Shown here: positions 30,496 to 40,637 of the stretch, in pieces
How positions within the stretch are numbered: the first letter of the stretch is position 1
Layout: each line of letters starts with the position of its first letter
Virus record (IMG/VR): IMGVR_UViG_3300042731_005759
Span: 112,088 to 176,087 of that record
Strand: one strand, 5' to 3'
DNA from: a virus
DNA: 64,000 bases
Notes under the pieces: generated by a model
The model's database searches: none
Told to the model about the DNA's origin: nothing
The model's input: only the letters and a program-made list of their open reading frames with translations
Made by a program: the position numbers and the translations under genes

Positions 30496-30500
30496 GGGGG

Positions 30501-30529
30501 TTGACTATCAGAGTTTTTTTGTGTACTAT
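30501..30529 (+). promoter_or_regulatory. Sigma70-type promoter
   Basis: TTGACT-N17-TACTAT, with the same GGGGG and GTG flanks as at 16211. Confidence 0.7.
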
Positions 30530-30558
30530 TTTACTATATATCTTAACAAAAGAATTTC

Positions 30559-31464
30559 ATGATAAGTTACATAGGTGGAAAAGCAAGGATAGGTAAATGG
30601 ATTGTGCCGTATATTCCTAATGACATTGAAACATATGTGGAACCCTTTTCAGGTATGTTTTGGGTCTTTTTCAATATGGACCTCTCAAAATTCCCAAACC
30701 TTAAAACGGTAGTTTACAACGATTTTAATAAACTCAATTCCAATCTAATGAAGTGTTCATTAGAATATGATAAATTATGGGAAGAGTTAGAAAAATATCC
30801 ATGTCAACAATTAGGTGTTGAAAATACACCTCCCGAATACTCTGAGATGTTTAAAAGATTTCAAGAAGAGGTTTTTCATCCCGATTTTGTTATTGAAGAG
30901 GGTAAGGAGTTCGAAGCCGCCGCCAAATACGTGTATGTATTGACACAAGTATTCTCAGGGTCTAAACCCGAAACATCAACGTACACTGATTACAAAGGAA
31001 AGTACAGATGTAAGGTTTTGATATTTATGGATAAACTAAAGAATAAAAATTATAGAAAACACTTTGATAAAATTTCTTTTGTTGAGAATTTGGATTTTGA
31101 AAAAGTGATTAAAAAGTATGACTCAGAGAAGTCATATTTCTATGTTGATCCACCGTATTGGAAGACAGAAAATTATTATTCCAACCACGATTTCGATCGT
31201 GCGGATCACGAAAGACTAGCGGACACACTGAAAAATATTGATGGACAATTTAGTTTATCATATTATAACTTCTCTCTTTTAGAGAAGTGGTTCCCATCTC
31301 AAGAGTATAGATGGGCAAGGAAGAATTTTAAAAAATCCGCTAATGCGAAAAAGGATGGTAAGCAAAACGACGCTACTGAACTTTTGATAATGAACTACGG
31401 TCAGATAAAATATCAAGAAGGTCACCAATTTACAATATTTGATATGTCTGATAGTGTTCAATAG
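30559..31464 (+). CDS. dam: DNA adenine methyltransferase (D12 class)
   Basis: YIGGK, YVEPFSG, YNDFN, YVDPPY, ELLIMNY. Confidence 0.9.
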   Translation: MISYIGGKARIGKWIVPYIPNDIETYVEPFSGMFWVFFNMDLSKFPNLKTVVYNDFNKLNSNLMKCSLEYDKLWEELEKYPCQQLGVENTPPEYSEMFKRFQEEVFHPDFVIEEGKEFEAAAKYVYVLTQVFSGSKPETSTYTDYKGKYRCKVLIFMDKLKNKNYRKHFDKISFVENLDFEKVIKKYDSEKSYFYVDPPYWKTENYYSNHDFDRADHERLADTLKNIDGQFSLSYYNFSLLEKWFPSQEYRWARKNFKKSANAKKDGKQNDATELLIMNYGQIKYQEGHQFTIFDMSDSVQ

Positions 31465-31479
31465 TTAACACATATAAAA

Positions 31480-31989
31480 GTGCATTGGTATTTAGTAAGA
31501 GTATCACCAGGTAAAGAAAGACAATTATCAGATCAATTCAATACTGATATAGAACTTGGTAATATTATTGGAGTAAAGAGATTTATTTGTCCTACTGAGA
31601 AACAGGTAAAACTTATAAAGAACAAAAAAGTCCTAAGGGATAAAGTAATCTACACAGGTTACATATATTTTGAGGCGGAACATGATCTAACTAGTGACGA
31701 ATTAAAAAACTTACCGTTTTTAACGAGTATTTTTGGTATCCTTGGAGATAGGACTCCACTTAAATTAAATAAGAGGGATGTCTCAAGAATCATAAAAGAG
31801 GATCAACAACCTGTTGGTCTTAATATAGATTATGCTATTGGTGAAACCGTAAAAGTAATAGAAGGACCATTTAGAACATTCGATGGTAAGGTACATAAGA
31901 TAGAAGGTGAAAAGGTTGATGTCGAGGTTAAGATATTTGGAAGACCAACCAAAGTAACACTATCAAAAGGTCAAATCGATAAAGTTTAA
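31480..31989 (+). CDS. nusG: Transcription termination/antitermination factor NusG
   Basis: WYLVRVSPGKE, YTGYIY (NGN domain); KOW GETVKVIEGPF..VKIFGRPT. Confidence 0.9.
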   Translation: MHWYLVRVSPGKERQLSDQFNTDIELGNIIGVKRFICPTEKQVKLIKNKKVLRDKVIYTGYIYFEAEHDLTSDELKNLPFLTSIFGILGDRTPLKLNKRDVSRIIKEDQQPVGLNIDYAIGETVKVIEGPFRTFDGKVHKIEGEKVDVEVKIFGRPTKVTLSKGQIDKV

Positions 31990-32282
31990 TGGATCCTGAA
32001 ATTATTGTCTATTTAACTAAATTGAAAAAATATCTCTCCACTAATATGGAAGCGAGAGAGTATTTCATAAACGATCTTGATGAGGAAGAATTCTTTATTC
32101 ATGTTGAAGATATTGCGGTAAAAAACTTTTATGAAAAAGGAGACCCAACACTAAACATGGAACAATTTGAATTAGTAAAGAACACTTTGAAGTCTAAGAA
32201 GATAATTAATAGAGAGAAAGAGTATTACGAACCTAATATTTTTATCGATAAAAGAGGTTACTGTAAAATTTTAAAAACTTAA
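31989..32282 (+). CDS. Hypothetical protein
   Basis: 97-aa ORF with TAATG overlaps on both sides. Confidence 0.65.
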   Translation: MDPEIIVYLTKLKKYLSTNMEAREYFINDLDEEEFFIHVEDIAVKNFYEKGDPTLNMEQFELVKNTLKSKKIINREKEYYEPNIFIDKRGYCKILKT

Positions 32283-33352
32283 TGAAATTACCCAAGTATT
32301 ATTCACTTTTTGAACCAGCGTATAGTGAGGAAGTTGCGGGTGAGCAACTCTTTCTAGTCAAGTTTGATAAAATACCATCAACAAGCGTTGATAGAACCGT
32401 ATATACTGAAAAAATAATTCAGAAGTTTGAAGACTTGGGATTTAAAGTGTTTACTAAATTAAGTAGTGTAGGAGGTAGGTCGGGACTCTCAAGAAACTCT
32501 GACGAAACATTATGGTCTTTAGATGAGAAAGAACTTCTTTTGAAAACCAAGAAAGATAGAAATTCTAAAGAAATGAAAGTTTCATTTTACTATTCATTAG
32601 AGAATGGGGAACTAAGAGATCAAATAGATCTTTCTTTTTTAGAGAAACACAAAGTTCGAAGAAAGAAATCTACAATTTCATTAATAAGGTCACAAGGAGG
32701 CGGTTACTTAGATTTAGAGGAGTATGAAATCAAGGTACCGAAAACTAATTTAGAATTAAATTATGGGAAGGATTTTGTTAAAGTACATAAAACAATCATT
32801 GAAAAACTAAACTCAAAGGGCGAGAAAGGAATCGTGTTATTACACGGGGAACCTGGTACTGGTAAAACTACCTATATAAAACATATATCAACTCACGTAA
32901 AGGATAAGAACGTGATATTTGTTCCACCGTCTATGGCTGAGATGTTGACGGACCCGTCAATTATCCCATTTCTCATGGATTACAGAAACAGTATTTTAGT
33001 TATAGAGGATGCGGAGAAAGTACTAGGTTCTCGAGAGAGTAACTCTTTAACTTCACAAAGTACCTCAAACCTTCTAAACTTAACAGATGGTATTTTAGGT
33101 GATTGTCTTAATATTCAAATAATCGCGACATTCAATACTAAAAGAGATAATATTGATGAGGCGTTCATGAGAAAAGGTAGACTAATTGCCGAACACAAAT
33201 TCGATAAATTAAGTATTGAGGATACCAATATTCTTCTTAAACATATAGGTAAAGACATTGAGGTAAATGAAGAAATGGTATTATCTGACATTTATAATAT
33301 TGATGTTGAGGTTTATAAAACAATAAAAGAAAAAGGAAAAATAGGATTTTAA
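32282..33352 (+). CDS. AAA+ ATPase
   Basis: GEPGTGKT, VIEDAE, LLNLTDG, DEAFMRKGR, C-term KIGF. Confidence 0.88.
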   Translation: MKLPKYYSLFEPAYSEEVAGEQLFLVKFDKIPSTSVDRTVYTEKIIQKFEDLGFKVFTKLSSVGGRSGLSRNSDETLWSLDEKELLLKTKKDRNSKEMKVSFYYSLENGELRDQIDLSFLEKHKVRRKKSTISLIRSQGGGYLDLEEYEIKVPKTNLELNYGKDFVKVHKTIIEKLNSKGEKGIVLLHGEPGTGKTTYIKHISTHVKDKNVIFVPPSMAEMLTDPSIIPFLMDYRNSILVIEDAEKVLGSRESNSLTSQSTSNLLNLTDGILGDCLNIQIIATFNTKRDNIDEAFMRKGRLIAEHKFDKLSIEDTNILLKHIGKDIEVNEEMVLSDIYNIDVEVYKTIKEKGKIGF

Positions 33353-33353
33353 T

Positions 33354-33659
33354 ATGAGAGAATTAAGTGCTGAGGAATTAACCTCATTAAAAAATGAAGG
33401 AAAAAAATTATTAGTAGATTTTTGGGCACCATGGTGTGGACCATGTAGAATGTTAATACCAAGGTTAGAATCATTGTCAGAGAAACATCCTGATGTGGAG
33501 TTTGTAAAAGTCAATGTTGATGAGAATAGGGATGTTGCATTAGATTTAGGTATCAGAGGTGTACCAACAGTAATAACATTCAACGGTAATGAATTAGTTG
33601 ATAGACATGTTGGGGTACAACCCGACGAAAAATACGAGGAGTCTATAAGTAAACTATAA
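33354..33659 (+). CDS. trxA: Thioredoxin
   Basis: DFWAPWCGPC, GVPT. Confidence 0.93.
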   Translation: MRELSAEELTSLKNEGKKLLVDFWAPWCGPCRMLIPRLESLSEKHPDVEFVKVNVDENRDVALDLGIRGVPTVITFNGNELVDRHVGVQPDEKYEESISKL

Positions 33660-33925
33660 TGTCTGTTTGTGTCTTTACTTTATCGGGGTGTTCTCACTGT
33701 ACGAAACTAAAAAAACGACTAAAAAGTGAAAATATTAAATTCGAAGAATTTAACTCTGATAAACATGAGTTACTAATAGAACAAATAGAGAATCAAATGG
33801 GTGAAATAAATTACCCAACGGTCTTTATCAGGAGACACGATAGTACTGAAGGAATTATATTAATACCAGGTATAAATGTGGATGATGAAGATGAAATGAT
33901 ACAAAAAATTAGAAAAAATATCTAA
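33659..33925 (+). CDS. Glutaredoxin-like protein
   Basis: GCSHC, YPTVFI. Confidence 0.8.
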   Translation: MSVCVFTLSGCSHCTKLKKRLKSENIKFEEFNSDKHELLIEQIENQMGEINYPTVFIRRHDSTEGIILIPGINVDDEDEMIQKIRKNI

Positions 33926-33929
33926 ATCT

Positions 33930-33961
33930 AAAGGGGATACAAAATTTGTATCCTCTTTTTT
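33930..33961 (+). terminator. Intrinsic terminator
   Basis: AAAGGGGATAC/GTATCCTCTTT stem followed by a T-run. Confidence 0.75.
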
Positions 33962-33983
33962 GTTCCAAGAAACAAACTAAAAG

Positions 33984-33990
33984 TATTTAT
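33984..33990 (+). promoter_or_regulatory. Putative late promoter TATTTAT (one of at least 10 copies)
   Basis: AAGTATTTAT upstream of the structural cluster; also at 3462, 7631, 20169, 22183, 24683, 25975, 29744, 38356 and 40552. Confidence 0.6.
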
Positions 33991-34009
33991 GTTAAAGGAC
34001 TTTTAGTAG

Positions 34010-37000
34010 ATGGCATTACAACAAATATATTGGGAACAGATTGCAACAGAAAATGTTGCTTCAGGATCGGTAATTAATTTAGGTACACCCTCATCCTCAA
34101 TTAATAATATCTACGCAAAAAATTTCTATGTAAACGGTACACAGAGTTTACTTGATTTAGTTGGTGGAGGTGTTGAAGCGGGGATAGGTCCATTAAATAT
34201 CTTCTCTTCTTCAGTTTTAGAGTCCTTAGAGTTTACTGGTTCTAATTTGACAGTCAAAGGTGACTTGAATGTGTTAGGTACTTTTACCTCTTTAAGATCC
34301 GAAACAGTAGTTTTAGATGATAACATAATAGAATTAAATGGTTCTGATGAGTCATTTGGTGGTTTACTTGTAAAGGATCCAACAGCACCAAACTTAGTAT
34401 CAGGTTCATTATTATGGGACACAACTAATGATAGATGGATTGGTGGTCCATTGGGGGGTGAGGAAAATTTAGTTATAACAAGTGAATTAACGACATTATC
34501 ATCTTCATTATCATCATCGATTAATGAGTTATCCCAATCAGTATCTACATCTTTCGACCAAGTTAATAATGATTTAACTGATTTATCATCCTCATTATCT
34601 GCTTCGATAAATGAATTATCACAATCAGTATCATCTTCGTTTGATCAAGTTAATAATGATTTGACAGATTTGTCATCTTCATTATCATCATCGATTAATG
34701 AGTTATCGCAATCAGTTGATTCCTCATTTACTCTAACAGATGGTCGTTTAATTGAGTTAGAATCGACAGGTTCGGATCATGAAGGTAGAATAGTTGGATT
34801 AGAAACTTTTAGTTCCTCATTAGATGCAACTTTTGCGACAGATGAACAATTAACACAATTATCACAATCTATTACGTCCTCAATCGGTGAACTATCATCA
34901 TCTGTTGATGGAAGACTAACCAATTTAGAGTCCTTCAGTTCCTCATTAGATGCAACTTTTGCGACAGATGAACAATTAACACAATTATCACAGTCATTAA
35001 CCTCTTCTATTGGAGAATTGTCATCCTCACTTAGCGATGCGATCAATGATGTACAAACGGATGTTGAGGCAAGTAACATATTTCAACAAACAGGGTCATA
35101 TTATGGTACATCTGAAAATTTACAGATATCAGGTAGTGGTTTAGATTCACCTGATGGTTCTATCACAGGAAAATATGGTGTGATAGTATCACATTCACTA
35201 CATGCAGAGAATATTAATGTGGGTAGACCAACCTCAAACGATTGGGGTACAATGAATGGGTCATACTTTAACAACTTTAACGAAAATACAGACGTTTCGG
35301 AAATTATTAGATTCATGGCGGGATTATTATCGTCATCGGCACCTGATGCGTCACCAAATACAAAATATTATAATGGATATGACAAAAATACCTACAATAC
35401 ATCTACTGATAGTGGTATAGGTGGTTATATTCCACAAGGAACAACTAACCAAACACTATTAGATCTTATATCTGCGGGTCACGCATCTATTGGTGGTACA
35501 ATATTAGGTTCTTTTGGTACTTTTTATACAAATCCAAACTATAGACACTCATTTAGTAGTAATTCGGGTGGATCAACAAGTGTAAGATCGTCTTCAGATA
35601 ACGAATTATTCGGTTTAGGTAGATTAAGTAGTGGTACGCCTACAACATTTAAGGTATCGGGGTCATTCACATTCAAAAAATTCGATCATAATAGGGTTCT
35701 TATTGAAGAATCGAGTTCAAATCACGTGATAATTCAATCAGGTGATGGTACCACAGACGGTGTGACCCTTAAAAAGATAGAATCATCGAATCCTGAACTA
35801 ATACCTGCGGGGTATCAAGACGGAAAATATGTGAATGTATTTTCACCAAGTATAATTAGTGCAGGTACTAATATATCGGATATAGGTTATTATCATATAT
35901 CAAGTTCCATATCAATTGCAAGTGGATCAAGTGATTACACAACACCAATATCAAACAATACTGAGATATTATACGGTCCAATACCAACAATAGAGTCAGG
36001 TATTGGTTCAACAAATTTAGGTGTAGGTGCAACTATAGATTCATATGACCAATTAACGGCCACATCAAGATCATTAAGTGGGGCACCTTACCTACAGACA
36101 GCGACATTCGAAGCGTCAGGTTCAATTACAGGTACATTCAATAAATTATACCAAAATGGAACACATGGTTCTATGACGGGTAATAGTGGACAAAGATCCG
36201 CCTCTGTTTCAAATGGTAGAATATCAACATCGGGTGTATTCTTCGACAGTACATTTACAACACCTAGAAATAGTGGTGATATCCCAACAATTGACGATAC
36301 AATAAAATTAAATAGTGGGTTAAGTTGGAGTGCGGGTACTGGTTATGGTACCTCAGCGAACCAATCAGTATCCATTTCAGGTACAGGTTATGGTGGATCT
36401 AGATCAGCGTCACAAAGTAAATCAGTTCACACCGCAGGTACCTTTGGACAACCTTCCGCAAGTGGTAGTTTACATTATTATGGTAGATCACAGACATATG
36501 ATGGATCAAGTGACACATCAGAAAATTTTACAGGAGAAGGTAGACGTTTACAATTGAATGATAATTTACTTTCTTTTGGGGGTGACTCTTGGAATAACGG
36601 ATTTGAATTATACTCATTACTTGGTAACGAAGATTTACAAGTTAGACCTAACAGATTGGTTAAACCTGGTGGTAATAACGGATATTGGTTAACAAATCCA
36701 AGTTCATCAAGTGATTACAAGTATTATGTGAGAAAGTTCTCCACATCAGGCACAAAAACAAGTATGAGTATCTCTGTTAGTGGACCATCACTAGTTTCAT
36801 GGGATTCAACAAATAATAATTCAGCTTCGGTTGCTATTATGTTCGAATCCACCTCAACAAATGTTTACACCAATGCAAGATTTTACGATCCAACAAAAAC
36901 ATTGGAAAACTTTGTGGGGACGATTAATGCAAACACAGATGGGACAAATCCATTTGGTTCGGATATTGATTTATATGGTAACACGGGTGGTTCAGGATCA

Positions 37001-37135
37001 GGAGGATCGTACACACTACCAATAAGAAACTCAGACGGTATGTTCTTAAATGCAACATACAATGAAATAATAGTATTAGTTAGATACAAAGGTGATCCGT
37101 CACCTATAACATCTATGACAGTAAGTTTTAGTTAA
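34010..37135 (+). CDS. Tail fibre-like structural protein with Ser-rich coiled-coil repeats
   Basis: 29-aa and 42-aa repeats; shared FTGSN..DNIIELNG..SGSLLWD module. Confidence 0.7.
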   Translation: MALQQIYWEQIATENVASGSVINLGTPSSSINNIYAKNFYVNGTQSLLDLVGGGVEAGIGPLNIFSSSVLESLEFTGSNLTVKGDLNVLGTFTSLRSETVVLDDNIIELNGSDESFGGLLVKDPTAPNLVSGSLLWDTTNDRWIGGPLGGEENLVITSELTTLSSSLSSSINELSQSVSTSFDQVNNDLTDLSSSLSASINELSQSVSSSFDQVNNDLTDLSSSLSSSINELSQSVDSSFTLTDGRLIELESTGSDHEGRIVGLETFSSSLDATFATDEQLTQLSQSITSSIGELSSSVDGRLTNLESFSSSLDATFATDEQLTQLSQSLTSSIGELSSSLSDAINDVQTDVEASNIFQQTGSYYGTSENLQISGSGLDSPDGSITGKYGVIVSHSLHAENINVGRPTSNDWGTMNGSYFNNFNENTDVSEIIRFMAGLLSSSAPDASPNTKYYNGYDKNTYNTSTDSGIGGYIPQGTTNQTLLDLISAGHASIGGTILGSFGTFYTNPNYRHSFSSNSGGSTSVRSSSDNELFGLGRLSSGTPTTFKVSGSFTFKKFDHNRVLIEESSSNHVIIQSGDGTTDGVTLKKIESSNPELIPAGYQDGKYVNVFSPSIISAGTNISDIGYYHISSSISIASGSSDYTTPISNNTEILYGPIPTIESGIGSTNLGVGATIDSYDQLTATSRSLSGAPYLQTATFEASGSITGTFNKLYQNGTHGSMTGNSGQRSASVSNGRISTSGVFFDSTFTTPRNSGDIPTIDDTIKLNSGLSWSAGTGYGTSANQSVSISGTGYGGSRSASQSKSVHTAGTFGQPSASGSLHYYGRSQTYDGSSDTSENFTGEGRRLQLNDNLLSFGGDSWNNGFELYSLLGNEDLQVRPNRLVKPGGNNGYWLTNPSSSSDYKYYVRKFSTSGTKTSMSISVSGPSLVSWDSTNNNSASVAIMFESTSTNVYTNARFYDPTKTLENFVGTINANTDGTNPFGSDIDLYGNTGGSGSGGSYTLPIRNSDGMFLNATYNEIIVLVRYKGDPSPITSMTVSFS
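34811..34992 (+). repeat. 56-nt exact direct repeat (34811-34866 / 34937-34992)
   Basis: Identical copies 126 nt apart, in frame. Confidence 0.85.
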
Positions 37136-37137
37136 AA

Positions 37138-38346
37138 ATGGCATACGATAAGAACACAAAATCAAGTAGGTTTTTACAAAGTAGGAGATATACACATAAT
37201 ACTCTCACCGATTCACAAGAATCTTTTACCTCGGTATTAGATTTAAATTCAGGTGAGATTTATGTTGATCAACAATTAATACCTTCTTCGGGATTACCAT
37301 TTAACAGTTCCTCTGATCATTTATCAGTCTATACTGATTCTAATACTTCACAAGACGTATTAAAATATTGGTATAGACATAAACTTACTAAATCAGATTT
37401 AAATAATGAAGTTTGGTTTTTCTTAGACCCTGTCGGACCAAGTAGTGGGATAGGTGCACAGTTAATTAGTGATGATCAAGAAGTTAATTTCATCTCACCT
37501 AAGTATGGTGTACCTTCATTGGCAAACTCAACAGTTGAAGATTCCACACCAGGATATCTCATTAAACTTTTTGTTTCAAGTAACTCGACTTCTCCATCCA
37601 ACGGCGATTTAAGACAACCATCAACATACTCATTTGATTACAAAACAGGGGTAGTACAATTTATAAGTGGTACACCATCAAGTAGTCAGTATGTTTACAT
37701 GAGTGTTTATCAGTATGTTGGTAGAACACTTAGCGACCAATTAGGTGGTGGAGGTGCAGGTTCGATCCAAGACATCTTTAAACCAACAGGTTCATTTTAC
37801 GCAACAACAAACGATGTACAAATAACTGGTTCTTTAGATATAACTGGTGATTTTACTGTACATGGTACGTTCACATCATCGTTATCGGAAACAGTTATAA
37901 TCGATGATAATATTATTGAACTAAATGGTAACGAGTCTTCATATGGTGGTTTAAGTATTAAAGACACACAAAACCCGAATACTGTATCAGGTTCATTATT
38001 ATGGGACACAACAAATGATCAATGGATTGCGGGTCAACAAGGATCCGAAGTTCCAATTGCAAGAAAAGATCATTTGATTTGGGGTCAGACAGGATCCATG
38101 TGGTCGGCTAATAGTGATTTAGAAGTCACAGGTTCTGTTACTATTAAAGGTGATTTAAAAGTTGAAGGACAAACAACATTACAATCTCAAGATGTAAACC
38201 AAGACTCTTTAATTGTCTCTGGTGCGATGAGTATTTTAAAAAATGAGATAAATAGTCAAATAAGATCCGCCTCTCTCAACATAGAGAATTTAGGTAACTT
38301 AGGTGATAGGTCAGATAATTCTGTATTAGACTTAGGTGGTTTCTAA
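37138..38346 (+). CDS. Tail/fibre-associated structural protein
   Basis: Shared fibre module; C-term DLGGF. Confidence 0.65.
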   Translation: MAYDKNTKSSRFLQSRRYTHNTLTDSQESFTSVLDLNSGEIYVDQQLIPSSGLPFNSSSDHLSVYTDSNTSQDVLKYWYRHKLTKSDLNNEVWFFLDPVGPSSGIGAQLISDDQEVNFISPKYGVPSLANSTVEDSTPGYLIKLFVSSNSTSPSNGDLRQPSTYSFDYKTGVVQFISGTPSSSQYVYMSVYQYVGRTLSDQLGGGGAGSIQDIFKPTGSFYATTNDVQITGSLDITGDFTVHGTFTSSLSETVIIDDNIIELNGNESSYGGLSIKDTQNPNTVSGSLLWDTTNDQWIAGQQGSEVPIARKDHLIWGQTGSMWSANSDLEVTGSVTIKGDLKVEGQTTLQSQDVNQDSLIVSGAMSILKNEINSQIRSASLNIENLGNLGDRSDNSVLDLGGF

Positions 38347-38400
38347 AATGTACGATATTTATTAGATAATAAACAAATAATTAAATTCTAAAAAAAGAAG

Positions 38401-40476
38401 ATGGCTCAAATTATTAAACACAGAAGAGGTTCGATTGGTGATGTTAAGACCACAACAACAAGAAATGGTGAGGTCTTAGTTGCATCGGGATCAATTTCTG
38501 ATTTATCAGGACCCTTTGTTTTCATCGGTTCTCCTGTTTCTTCGGATGAGGGTGTCGCGGGAGCGTTTAAACCTACATCGAAAATTTATTCGGGTACGAA
38601 TGCACCTACAATCGGTGCGGGTACCTACGGTTCCATCCTTGACGGTACTCCTTTCTATGCTTCTTCTAACGAGTCATTATACATATTGAACAATGACGGT
38701 GTTGGTAATGATAGATTAGACTTAACGGGTAACATCGAAGGTAATACCATAAACGCAACGACTATTACGACACTAACATCGACTGATGTCAATACTACAA
38801 ATGTTACTGCAACAGGTAATATTAGTGCTGTTGATGTCTCGGCATCGGGTGATGGTACTGTTGGTGGAGATTTAACTGTTACAGGTGATATTTCAGGTGC
38901 TAACCTATCTTTATCGGGTAATGCAACAATTGACGGTAATATTGTATTAGGTGGTAACATTAACATAGGTGACGCAGATACTGACACAGTATCTTTTGGT
39001 GGTGAAATTACCTCAAACATTGTCCCTGATGTACATAATACTTATGACCTTGGATCGTCAAGTAAGAATTGGAGAAACTTACACGTAAGTGGAACGGCTT
39101 ACATCTCAACATTAGCGACAGACGATATCCAACTTACTAGTCTAAGTCTACCAGGTAACCTAACTGTTTCAGGTTCAACAACATTCAATGGTGATACAAT
39201 AATTGGTGATGAAGGTGGTGATACACTAACTATCAATGCAGGAACTATCGATATACCAAACATTTCTGCAGGAACAGACAATACAGTACTTGTTTATAAC
39301 GGTTCTTCTATTGTTCATGATGAAATTGACGCAAGAGTTTGGGGATCAACTTTAATTGATGGTTCAGGTACTGCAACACAAATTTCATTTTTCAGTGACA
39401 CAGATAGTATTACAGGTGACAGTGATTTAACATATAACTCAACTACAAATGTCCTTTCAGTAGGAAGTTCGACAGTAGGTAATGATATATCTGCGGCGGG
39501 TACTTTAACAGTAACCACTACTTCTGAATTAAAAGGTGCGGTTGGGATTAACTCAACACTAAACGTTACAGGTTCTGCACAATTAAAATCTTCTTTAGAT
39601 GTTGACGGTGAGGCTACATTGGCAAGTGCCACTGTAGAAGACCTAACTTCAGGTAGAGTAGTATTAGCAGGAACAGGTGGTGCTATTGAAGACAGTGGTA
39701 ACTTAACATTCAACGGTTCAACTTTAGGGGTAACTGGTGATGTTGATGCGTCAGGTGACTTAGGTGGTGCAACTGCAACGATTACAGGAAACGCTGATAT
39801 CGGTGGTAATGTAGGTATCTCAGGTAACACTACAATGACAGGTACATTAACAGTTAATGATAACGTATCTATCTCAGGTAACTTAGAGGTATTGGGTAGT
39901 GCGACTAACGTAACATTACAATCACAAACAGTAGAGATTGATGATAACATTCTTAGATTAAACGCGTATTCTCCATTCGAGAGATATGCAGGTTTTGAAG
40001 TTATCGACTCAGGTTCTTCAAGTACTTCGGCATCTTTATTATGGGATTCACAAAATGATTATTGGTCTTTTATAGATGCGGGAGCTAACTCAAGTAAAGT
40101 GATCGGTACTGTAGCGGCAACACAAGGAAGTGAAACAAGTCTTACTAATAACGCAATACCTGTCGCGGCAGGAGCGAACCAAATTGAAGACTCACTTTTA
40201 ACTGAGAATGGTACTACACTAGCATATAACACTAACAAATTTACTGTAGCGTCTTCTGATGGAGCCACTTTAATTGCAGGTAACGTAACGGTATCTTCAT
40301 CAGGTGGATCAGATGCGGGTAGTAACACTTCATCTATTGTATTTAGAAATTCTTCTAATGTACTTGGTTATGTATCAACATCAGAAACAACTGATGTGTT
40401 AGATGGAATCTTAGGTTATAAAAATAGTGATGGATCATTGGCCTTCTCGACAGTAATTGATGGAGGTTCATTCTAA
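38401..40476 (+). CDS. Tail fibre protein
   Basis: N-term MAQIIKHRRG; Gly/Thr beta-repeats; YDLGSSSKNWRNLHV; C-term IDGGSF. Confidence 0.75.
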   Translation: MAQIIKHRRGSIGDVKTTTTRNGEVLVASGSISDLSGPFVFIGSPVSSDEGVAGAFKPTSKIYSGTNAPTIGAGTYGSILDGTPFYASSNESLYILNNDGVGNDRLDLTGNIEGNTINATTITTLTSTDVNTTNVTATGNISAVDVSASGDGTVGGDLTVTGDISGANLSLSGNATIDGNIVLGGNINIGDADTDTVSFGGEITSNIVPDVHNTYDLGSSSKNWRNLHVSGTAYISTLATDDIQLTSLSLPGNLTVSGSTTFNGDTIIGDEGGDTLTINAGTIDIPNISAGTDNTVLVYNGSSIVHDEIDARVWGSTLIDGSGTATQISFFSDTDSITGDSDLTYNSTTNVLSVGSSTVGNDISAAGTLTVTTTSELKGAVGINSTLNVTGSAQLKSSLDVDGEATLASATVEDLTSGRVVLAGTGGAIEDSGNLTFNGSTLGVTGDVDASGDLGGATATITGNADIGGNVGISGNTTMTGTLTVNDNVSISGNLEVLGSATNVTLQSQTVEIDDNILRLNAYSPFERYAGFEVIDSGSSSTSASLLWDSQNDYWSFIDAGANSSKVIGTVAATQGSETSLTNNAIPVAAGANQIEDSLLTENGTTLAYNTNKFTVASSDGATLIAGNVTVSSSGGSDAGSNTSSIVFRNSSNVLGYVSTSETTDVLDGILGYKNSDGSLAFSTVIDGGSF

Positions 40477-40498
40477 GAACTATTTTACAATTAAATTG

Positions 40499-40534
40499 AA
40501 AAAAAATCCCTTTAGAAATAGAGGGATTTTTTTT
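40499..40534. terminator. Intrinsic, potentially bidirectional terminator
   Basis: A8-TCCCTTTA-GAAA-TAGAGGGA-T8. Confidence 0.8.
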
Positions 40535-40563
40535 ATTATCTAATATCGAAGTATTTATAAAGT

Positions 40564-40637
40564 AACACCTATATAGGTGTTTAAATAAGCGGTATATACC
40601 GTGTTGAAATATTCGAATTAAAAAACCATATATATGG
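40564..40637. promoter_or_regulatory. Three TA-centred palindromes in the fibre leader
   Basis: AACACCTATATAGGTGTT, CGGTATATACCG, CCATATATATGG. Confidence 0.55.
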
